64,000 nt of DNA, taken from positions 4,104,759 to 4,168,758 of the forward strand of contig NW_002060948.1 in NCBI RefSeq assembly GCF_000150275.1, read 5' to 3'. A program made the translations under genes and the position numbers. This document shows, piece after piece, positions 26,301 through 36,646 of this stretch. Source of the DNA: Trichoplax adhaerens. Its lineage: Eukaryota > Animalia > Placozoa. Below the pieces are notes generated by a model. That model was given only the letters and a program-made list of their open reading frames with translations. It was not told the DNA's origin and did no database searches. Within the stretch, counting starts at the first letter, position 1. Every line of letters begins with the position of its first letter.

Positions 26301-27847
26301 ATCAATCGTAAAACAGTCACTGTGGATTTTTCGTCAGATATCTTGCATGAATATACAATCAGAATAAAGAGTCATAAGTATTCGCTTCCATATTACTTCG
26401 CAGTTCGCGGATATGACCGATATCGCTACTATTCAAATTATTCTAGCATTGCAGATATAGAGTTCTATAAAGTTAAATCACCTCGGCATTTAAGAGTTAC
26501 AATTCTATCTCATGCTTTTAAAGAATTGCAAATGGAATGGAATCTCGACTTATCAACAGGATTAAGTAAGTGTATAGTTATCAAATCCTCGACTAAAGTA
26601 CAAACAGTGAATACATGCATCTATATTTTTATATTTATAAAGTTGTAAAATTGCTAAAGTTTGCTTTACCGATTCTATTAGCATATCAAAATTTATTAAA
26701 ATATGATACTAAATATTTTATACCATTTTATTTTGTACATTTTAGTGCCAGTAAAATATAAAATTTGCTGGATAAAAACTTTAACATCCAATGGTAATGA
26801 GAACAGAGAATCTTGTAATGTGATATCAACTGATCTATTATCTCGAACTAATGAAGATATTAGCCTTCGCTTTAAATTTAGAGAACTACATTATGGTTCT
26901 GTATACAATTTTCGTATCCAAGCTATAGACATCTTTGATGGTATTTCATCGGCCAGCAACGTAGCAAAAGTAGAAATATTTCATTTATCGCGACCCATAG
27001 ATGCTTTTACTAATATTATAAGTCAAAAGACAAAGACAGTCGCTATCAGCTGGAAAGTATTACTAAATGATCTGCGAATATCGACAAGTAAGTTATAGTA
27101 TTTCGTTCATTAATTTATTTTTCTGAGCAATTCTTATTGTATTAAGATAGACAACTTACATAATAGTATTTCGATAAATAAAAGCAAATAAAAGTGGTAG
27201 TTTATATAATTAATTTACTATCGATACCGGTATTGAATAGGGTATGACTACTGTACCTCTTAAGAATTAGAATTTGTAAACATATATAAATAATTATATC
27301 GTACAGGAATCTCTAAATTACAAATTAAATCTTTTACTATCAGTGCCTTAACTGGTATTTAAAATAACTAGTCAAAATTAAGAATTTGCAAATACCATCA
27401 AATGAATTTAGTGATTAGAATAATTTAATTCAATATCCATTAAGAAATGAGAAGATTTCCATTCTTTTCGTCAAGTAATTGATATAAAGTGAAATGATCC
27501 AGTAGGTTACAGTCTATCGTCGGAGAGATGCTTCAATCATGGATCTGATATGATATTAAATTAGGATAGCATAAATGACAACTGAAATAATAGAATTACT
27601 TTCTAATGAAAATTTTTCTTTAATTTCAACGTATTTAGATGCGAATTATTGCAGAGTAGCCATCAGTAATCAACCAGCGTTAGTAAACAAGTTCTCTATT
27701 TTGGCTAATAAAACGGTTCAAATTAGAAATAACGGTTTTAGAGGCTATCAAACAATGTCCGCGTACTTCATCCCTCCCGATCATGTACCATTTGAGCAGC
27801 ATTATATTGCTGTTATCGCAATTTTTGGTAGTGCTTTGTTATACTGA
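20329..27847 (+). CDS. CLCA: CLCA-family protein, paralogue B: same architecture but only ~3.5 FnIII and a truncated/frameshifted membrane anchor; 1249 aa as sequenced
   Basis: Hand-spliced exons: 20329-20878, 21780-21970, 22128-22455, 22783-22931, 23291-23599, 23863-24087, 24299-24502, 24615-24738, 24847-25110, 25311-25430, 25519-25896, 26209-26565, 26746-27087, 27639-27847 (3750 nt). Intron positions and phases match paralogue A through exon 13. A shifted frame at 27841-27912 encodes the homologous YKRRI tail. Confidence 0.9.
21471..21870 (+). repeat. ~159-bp tandem triplication spanning the CLCA-B intron 1 acceptor and the start of exon 2
   Basis: Units start at ~21471, ~21630 and ~21789 (aaaatcgat..aac.aatt.aatgttcta.atca.taa..). 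The third unit is the live exon 2 sequence. Confidence 0.8.
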
Positions 27848-28566
27848 CGGCTATCATTGCAAAGTATATTCGCACATTTAACTCGTATAAGCGTCGAATA
27901 GATCACTTTTAAGACTAATTACTATAATTTAAATATTTTAATTGAGATATATAATTGGGAAATTCTAATGTATTTGACAAAGTCTATTACTTGACTATCA
28001 ATTAGTTTACAGCATTATGCTATAAGCTTAATTACTAATAATTATCGTTGCATAGCGCACAGCTACATGACTGCTATAAATACCTTTTATTAAAAATGTT
28101 ATTTTTGTCAAATAGTAAGATACTAGATGACTATTAACATTCCATATACGTTTTAGCTACTGATCTATTATTGGGATAATGATATAAAGCCAAATAAAAA
28201 AGTTTGGATATGCAACTATTCTCGATTAGAAGTAATTCCGATACATTACCCCAAAGTCTTTGCTTTTCTTAAGTAGAAAACGAACTGTTACCGTCTCCTC
28301 GAATTTTATCATATTTATATGTTGACGTTTAAATTGGTTTTATTTTTGATAGGATAAAAAATTACCATGAAAGGACTTATCGTATACTGAATTGTCAACA
28401 TATATTTATGTATATAGATAATATATTTGATATTTACTTGAATAAAGTAATAGTGATACTTGTGTTTAAACTTGAATAAACCGATACCCATACTTGTGTT
28501 TGAAAGCTTTAAAATTGACTGCAGAATTGATTATTTTTGCTGTAACCACTACTAAGGATATATAGA

Positions 28567-29001
28567 TGTCACGGTACGAACTACCGTGAAGAAATAGCTA
28601 TCTAAATTTGGTGAATATAATATAGTGATAATATATTACAACTAGTTACTTACAATAGAAGTACTCTAATTATAAATGTATTACAGTAAATTTAATACTG
28701 TGCTGTAATGTGCACTGAAATGATTCTGTGAATGGACATGTTATAGTCCGACTGTGAAAAATTAGTTAGTAAATGTTCTCACCTAAGTATTTTTATAAGA
28801 TGACTTATGAATGTTAGCTGTTGTAGAAGGGTATATAAGCCCGTCAGATAGTTGAATAAAATAGTTCTCAATTGTCTAGTCGAGTTTAACGTAGAATCAA
28901 AGACGTCTAAATTCTTGTGAGTAGGGATACTGAATCCTCAGATTTTTAGAGATTTAGAGATTTATTTTACGTTATCCTTGTCACGAAGCTGGTTTGTGAC
29001 A
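28567..29001 (+). mobile_element. Solo LTR, copy 1 (435 bp), 5-bp TSD ATAGA
   Basis: Starts TGTCAC and ends GTGACA. Flanked by ATAGA at 28562-28566 and 29002-29006. TATATAA at 28832 and AATAAA at 28855. About 96% identical (hand count) to 63312-63748. Confidence 0.9.
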
Positions 29002-30967
29002 ATAGAGGATCATAGAGCATGATTGGTTATCGTAGCGTTACTTAATAATAACTCAGATTTGCATCATGATTTATACTACTGTACCATAATACTATAAATG
29101 TTAATTGCAGTATTCTAAATTTTGATTAGTAATTGATAAGTAGTTGAACAAATAAGAATGATGGGTCCAATATTTTAGAAACTGTATCGGTAAAGATGGC
29201 CGTCTACTGAACGAGTCGTATTTACAAATTTTGATCATCATTTGTAAGGCCTATCATTTTCATAATATATTCATAAACTTGATCGAATTGTGTATGCAGA
29301 TATATTCTGAGATAGATTTAAGTAATTCATCGTAGACATTGATATTGATAGCGATATTTCTATTCGATCTGATTTATCGGGAACACAATGTACTTTTATT
29401 TATCGGTACTTGCTACGGCATTTCGTAAATAAAGCTTTGAGCTTATACTAAGCGCAACTTTGAGCTTTAGATAAATCTAGACACAAGGATAGCTCAGGTA
29501 CTAAGCAAATTGACATAACGTTACTAGTGAACTTTATCACGGGTAGTAATACGTATATGTCATAGTTTGAGAAATGTTTATACGGCTTTAAACTAAACAT
29601 GATTCAAGAAAATTATAGTACAATCTTCTAACTAGATGCTTTATGGATTAATGTGACTCATTTAGCAATGGAAAGGTTTCTATTAAAGATTAATATATCA
29701 TTGCGTCTAGTATAGTTCTTAAATAGTAAATTTTTAGGGTGATTTTCTAGACTTCAAGACTATTTTAAATCTAGCAAGCGCTTGTTAGTAATATTTTGAT
29801 GGACTAATGAAAGCTTGAGATTATATTTCCTTTATTTGAGAAGAGTATCATAAGTCACAGTATGATTGCCAGGTGAACCGTATGCCACTAACGCTTCGAA
29901 GAAGCCGGTAATAGGATATTAAAATGAGCTCTTCTCTCCTTGTTTATCGAAATATACTGTTATATCCAATATTGAAGTTATTTAAATGAATGTAATTGAA
30001 AAAAATAATGATTATATGAGAAACTCATTATTGTACTATGTAATGATTAGGTTGCGTTGTCCAATTCAATATCGATATTGGAGGCTATTCCAGATTAATA
30101 ATGCAAAGCTACAATCTAATACTTTTCCAGTGTACCTAAACCACATCATAAATCATAATCGTAATATCCAACTTGTGTTCGCTCCGCTAATGATCGAAGA
30201 GTAATTATTGGATTAGCTAGATGCTTTTTATACGATCTGTAAAGTAAATTTAATTACAGACGAAATATTGAATAAGAATGATAAATACAGATCAGATAAA
30301 GCAGTTTATTCAATTTTTTATCCGTATAGCAAGGTATTCCACAAGCGGATATTATAGTATCGATATAAAAGCAGATATGAATAAGTAGCTCAAGTCGATA
30401 TCTATTATGTGATCATCTTCGCGGAAATGTTAAACTGAAGCCATTGTGATTGAACTATGGATGATACATCGATACTTTTGATTAATTAAGAATTCTGTTC
30501 CATCATTAACATGGTATTTGCATAATTTAAATAATTGAGGTGTAGGTCTTATTCTAAAGGATATTATAGTAATCGAGACGAATACCCAACAATGATAAGC
30601 TTACATAGCTTACACTAATTTAAGATTACGATATTGAGTTAATAATTTAATGTATGGATAGGTTTTTTTGGACAGTATAGAGCCAACTGTAGATGAACGT
30701 GGATATACCTAAAGATATTTTTTATTAGTTTCGATATCGGCAACGTGCATAGTAAATCTACTTTGGAGCATACAAATCTCAAATAAAATTAAAAATCATA
30801 GCAAGTAATTACAAATATAGCGGCAAACAGATTTTAAAGTTTCATTTTGGAAATGAAGGTTATTTTAACCGTAAACGATGATCAAATTAGTATTTCAACC
30901 ACGATCAGCGTATATAGCAATTAAAAGGCACTATACATGCTATAGCTTTTACTTTGTCAAAGAAAGT

Positions 30968-33900
30968 TTAATTGATTCTCGTACGATTTGTAGCGGTATA
31001 AAGAATTTTAGATCTTTCTGGACTACTACATCTTGATTGTCTCTTATCTCGAGTTTCTTTACGATAAAATAAGAACGGGTTAAATACGCTACCTAGACAA
31101 CTAATAAAAATTAGCAAGTAATATAGAATAGTTACGCGAATGTCAACACCGAAAACTCGCACACTTTGAACAATTGCCCAAGGTACATTTAAGCCAAAAT
31201 CCATTACAGCAACACGCAAAGTAACTTTGCCTAATTGAGTATCTGCTCGATGAAATTTATTATCTTCAAGACTGTGCCCAAAGGTAATCCTTTTTGTTGG
31301 TTTTTTTCTTATAAAGAATAACATTTTTACGGAATAGACGAGAGTGATACTCATTGGTATTCCAATTCCAAAAATTGAAGCATATAACAGGAAAGTAATT
31401 AATTGTACGGGATGATCTGATGAAACAGATAAAACGCATAGTCCTGATGTCTGAGAATAAACTACGGTGCCCCAATTAGCACTAATAGGTAGAATAACGG
31501 TTAAAATAGGATAAATCCACAAGATGACAAGAATAATAATGGAAATAGTTTGGAAACGATCTCCCAAATGTTCTTTGTCGTAACGGCGATTATGGACAGC
31601 GCAGTAACACAAAACGGCTATGGTAACTAGTTTGACCAAGTCGGTATAGGTTGCAAGGCAATATAAAACTTTACAAAAGTAGGAAGTCGAGTTATACGGC
31701 GATGTTGGCTTATTTAGAAAGATACTCATCATGACGGGTAATATGAATAAGAAGCTAGAGAATAGTGATTATTAAAATTTATGATCTATTAATAAATCAG
31801 TTGATAAATCTGTTATCAAAATAAGACAAATCATATATCGTTTCAGCTTCTATGTTGTACCGAGAATAATTTAAGGGCTTCTAACTACGCATAGATAAAA
31901 TTAAGATATAAATGTTTGGTCAAGTTTACTGAGCTAATAACTTTACGAATTAATTATTACGTACTTTTCTTAATAGAATAATCATCAGGTACATTGTTTA
32001 TAAAATGGCTGGTTAGCTTTATAAAAATAGTAATACAGTTACTTTTATAAAATAGTCAAGTTGATGGTTATGTCATAAATGCAAACAAAGCGACCTCGTT
32101 TACTTTGTAAAATAACCATCAGCCATGCCATTCATAAAATGCCTGTGTGGCTTGATAAATATTGTAATATAGTCACATTGAAAAATGATCAAATTGATGG
32201 TTATCTTATAAAAATAACCAAGGCGACCTGGTTTACTTTGTAAAATAATCATCGGTAAAGTTATTTATAAAATAATTGTTTAGCGCTATAAAATTATAAA
32301 ATTCTAGTTATTTCATGAAAATAAGCAAGTTATTGAAAATAATTAATTAAAGCGACCTTGTTTACTTTATAAAATAATCAGCTAAGTTATTTATAGAATG
32401 ACTAGTTAGCTTTATAAAATTTATAATTCTATAACTATATAAATGAGAATGTTACTTAATAAAATTATTAGTTCAGTAAGCTTGATCTAACATAAATATG
32501 AGTATCCATGTATGTAGGCTGTTATGATTTAAAAAGTTTCCCTGGAACATAATTTTGAATATCTAAATTGCTGTTATCTATATATTGGATAGTTATTTTA
32601 TTAGAAATCATCAATGGTTTGTCTTTTCACTGCCTATTAAAGAAACTGATGTTATTTCTTGTAAGTAAAATTAATCTGTAATTATAATTATTAATTTTGC
32701 TATAAAAGTGGGCATAAAGTACGGTATCAAATATAAAGTTCAAAATCTTTGAATAATTTAATGAATTTAAAAATGATGAATTAAAATTTTAAATAGTGTT
32801 CATAAACTATGGGTTACTAGGCATGAATTTCGACCGAAAATCGAGTAAATAGGGAGGAAATATATAAAAGGAAATTACTTTTACCGGCATTTTACTTTTA
32901 ACTGGTGTGTTTTGTTATAATTTTAGACGGGAATATGCGGATTATACTATCGCTTTGTTAATGCACTCCCAGCAACGATAGGCATACGGTACATTAGTAT
33001 CGGATATGATTGTGAACTTTTTGGGAGAGAGTTCATTTTTTCATTACAATCGCTGAAATCCTCTAATTAGAGGCAATACGATAACATATAATTTACGCTC
33101 AATCGGTTGTATTCAACAAATTATAAGATGATAGGTTACAGTGCTTTACTAATTTCAATCTATTATTGAAGTCCAATGGTGAGGAGCATATACTGAGAAA
33201 TTTACTTATGAATTATTTCTCCTTAAGAATAATAGATACTGCAGTTTGTAAACAAATAGTACTGTACCGTATTTTCCTTATTGCAATTTGGAAGTAATGA
33301 CTATTTCCACCTCTATAATTGGCATGTATCTCGCATATACTCTAATAGCCATAAATTCGATAAAAAGCGTCTGGATGTATTTTCGTTCATTTAAAACTGA
33401 TTCAAGTATTTCCGTATATTTTTGTCAGTTATGTCCGGATAGGCTGTAAAATTTGTATACTGTATATTGCAATATTTTATAGGCAGCTTTTAAGTTTACA
33501 CTTTTTGGCGATAATGCATTACCAAATAAGATCCAATTTTATATCGTAACTCATTTGCTTTCAATAAAACTTTGTAGACTACATTAATTTACAAGATGAA
33601 TTAAAGTTTTAGTTGTTCAACATATTGAAAGATATATTGCAATTTTTGGACTTGGGCTTTTAATGGAAATACCATATGTAAGATACAATATTACGTTGAA
33701 AGCTAATAAATATCGAATGTAATAGGAAAAATGTTGATCTGCAGTATTGTTTGTAGTCTAAAGTTGGCTTTGAATAATTTTTATACCGAACGAATAATAT
33801 TGAAAAAAAAGGGAGAAATGAATTTGAAAATAATAAGACAAATAATCCCCTACTGTTCTATAGTCTATCGTTGGCTTTGAATAATTTTTTGTACCGAACT

Positions 33901-36646
33901 AACGATATTGAGAAGGGATATATAAAATTGAAAGTAATAGGACAAGCAATCATCCACTATTCCATAGGCTATCGTTGGCTTCGAATAATTTTGTACTGAA
34001 CTAACAATATTGAGAAAGAGGTAAATGAATTCTTAAGTAATAGGACAAATACTCATCTATTGTTCTACACTTTAGCATTGGCATTGAATCATTTTTGTAC
34101 CGAACTGATAGTATTGAGAAAGATGACATATTTGGATTACATTGACGAAAACTAAATTATAAGATACCTTTTCTGTACATTTCCTTTAGTACACAAAGAT
34201 TTTTAAGTTAATAGAAGAAGTTGAAAGTACTATTTGTTGAATTCAGTGCGATAGATCGCGTTGCTACTTGATAGCTTGAAGTAATTTAATACAATGGGAA
34301 GAATATCATATAGTTATAATACAGCTGGCTTTTGCTATGGAAAATTAAGCGTTTGATAGCTTTTCGGCTGAAGAATAACAGTTTTGAAGGTAACTAAGCG
34401 GTAAGCTGCAATCAGCCCAAATTCCTGAAATTAGTAGATCACGATACTGCTTGAAAGCTTAGAGTAATTCAAAATATTGCCAGAAAACATTATATACCAG
34501 TAATTGTTGTACTACTGGCTGCTGTCATGGGAAATTAAGCGTTTGATAATTTTCAGCTAGAAGGTAACATCAGATATCAATAGCCTAATTTACTGAATTC
34601 GGTTGGTTACTGGACTGTATGGCAACGTATGAGTAATTTATCAATTATACAATTGGCTAAACAGAAGGCTGTTCGACGATCGTTTCTACCCTATCCCCTT
34701 CATTTTGAAAAGGTGTCTAGCTAGTACTTCCCAATTAGATAGAATTAATTTTGGTGCTGGTATTAATTAAAGACTGAGTTTTACTTTATGTTACTGCTAG
34801 TAATTGATCACACAAAGCTAGCTATACATGTACGTGCGATTTAGATAAGGGTCGTCATATTAATCAAGGATTCCGTAGGTACTGGAAGCATTATAGTTGT
34901 CGATAAACTAAGAAGGGATAGTTTCAATTTATATTTGATAAACCTCAGCTCCATTACAGAGTAGTGTTTGTCTTCATTATTTTCTGGTCTATTATAGTAT
35001 ACCGGTAATTTATTATTTAATAATTACTAGTAGGAAAACAGTTTAAAAGATAGTAAATATGAATTTCTCGCATGTATAGCAAATTTTGATTTATAAATCT
35101 AGCTACTTCCGAAAAATTTAGATGTGATAGGATAAATTTATGGAATGAATCATAAACAGGAAAATAATTTACTCTTGAGCAATCGAATTATGCGGGCTAG
35201 CTTATTAGTCTTAGGTATCGTCGCTGGTTAGTATACGCTAGTAAGATCATGGAATCCTCTGGCTGATCACAATTTCGAGCAGTTTTACTATGGACCAGCT
35301 GAATCACTTACCGATTGATTTATTAATTTAAATTAGGAATAAATTAGGAAGAGGCTTTTATGCTTCCTTAAAATCTTGTTAAATCGGTTTACTCAGTTAA
35401 TCATAAATTAATTTACTGACAATACTTTTCTTTTAAGTTAATAAATGCTATCAGACTGTATTATAGCTTTTTATTTGCAGATAAACTTGCGCCATAGCTT
35501 TCTGTCTCAGTAAACTTAATTGGTACTTGAACTGTACGCTATAGTGATTCCATTAAAAATATCTATCAACATATTTGTAGTAGACGCTAAACATGGCGGA
35601 TAATGTTCGAATCGATTTTCTTTCCTATTTTTTGGCCTTAAAATAGTAAATCAAGTATTCAAGTAAATTGTTGAACTGCTATCAATTATAGATTAAAGTG
35701 TGAAGTAAATTCATGGTCATTCATGTTGAATGAAATGTTCTAGGTGATTGATTATCCATAAGAGTTATTTTTTCCATTTAAAAAACTATGAACATAGCTA
35801 TTCAATTGATATTATGCCAAATCACTAGTTTCTAGGCGGTCAGTCATATACCGGATTTGCTACTATTGCCATTAGAGGCAATTGTGAATAGCATTTGAAT
35901 GAAAGAGCTTGGTTAACGCCAACAAAAACTTCGCGTACAAACGTTACCTATGTACTAAATTAGACAGCCTAGTGTTTTATAATTTGATTCACGAATATGG
36001 GTGGATAGTCACGCTAAGTATTATTACCCCCAGACAAAACTTTTAATATTGTCAGAAATCTTATTAGTACAGCATGGTATACGAGCTAGTCAGAACTGTT
36101 AAATGGAGAATGCGGATGGTGCGACTGACTTTGCTCAATTAATTTATAATTTACTAAATAAAAGCGTTGATGACTATACGAGTAAGCTAAAGAGTAGAAA
36201 TATCAAACCGATCGGAATAACATCACCATACGTTAGATATTTTCAAGGGAAAAAACTATATTTTAGCAATATCACAGCATTGTAAGTACTGATCTAGTTT
36301 CAGTCATGAAATGTGGAATCGGTTTTTAAAATTGGAACAGGATAATCATGATAATGTGTCGGTGTGTACCATCGACTGATAGAATAGAATTTTTGTTACA
36401 CTAGTCGATATTTAAGGTTACTAGATATATACTGACAGATAGTAATATCATTAAAATTTACCTGAATAATAAGTGTAACATATCAAAAGCGGCTAAATTG
36501 AAAACCAAAACGTCGGTTAAACGTGATCTTGCTCTAATTCTCTTGAATATGAAACCGATCAAGAAAATATTTCCTACTAGGCCAGCTAATAAGCTGCAAC
36601 CCATTACGGTGATGATGGGTATAGCTGCGGCAACTGTAAGATTCAT
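30968..36646 (-). CDS. Class A (rhodopsin-like) orphan GPCR, two exons
   Basis: Exon 1 (36646-36462): MNLT..GLVGNIFLI..VFNLAAFDMLHLLF = TM1-TM2, with a phase-2 AG|GTAAAT donor. Exon 2 (31754-30968): acceptor ttctctag, then S-FLFILPVMMSIF..YFCKV..LWIYP..GLC..GIP..NVPW..FNPFLFY. Phases match; intron ~4.7 kb. Confidence 0.82.
31985..32450. repeat. Degenerate ~131-bp tandem repeat (3+ units) in the GPCR intron
   Basis: gcgacct.gtttacttt.taaaataa recurs at ~32090, ~32223 and ~32352. Confidence 0.75.
33755..34125. repeat. Degenerate ~105-bp tandem repeat (about 3.5 units) in the GPCR intron
   Basis: ttggctttgaataatttt..taccgaac.aa..atattga recurs at ~33764, ~33871, ~33975 and ~34078. Confidence 0.8.
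34230..34650. repeat. Degenerate ~190-bp duplication in the GPCR intron
   Basis: ctggct..tg..atgg.aaattaagcgtttgata at ~34325 and ~34515. Confidence 0.6.

Noticed and set aside
28570-28576. Transib/RAG-like transposon end (CACGGTA resembles the RSS heptamer; 5-bp TSD)
   Set aside because: TSD positions put the true termini at TG...CA, outside the CAC. There are no long TIRs, and the internal TATA/AATAAA block fits an LTR.
29050-29850. Decayed F-box/FBXO21-like gene (IF*KLYR*RWPSTE and weak downstream similarity)
   Set aside because: Stop density is about what random AT-rich DNA gives and only one short motif is suggestive. A frameshift-aware search would be needed.
34320-34660. LRR pseudogene (LWKIKRLIAFRLKNNSFEGN)
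   Set aside because: A single LRR-like stretch with no 24-aa periodicity; better explained as a degenerate ~190-bp duplication.
35590-35620. tRNA or tRNA-derived SINE (GTTCGAATC B-box-like)
   Set aside because: No T-stem pairing, A-box or cloverleaf.
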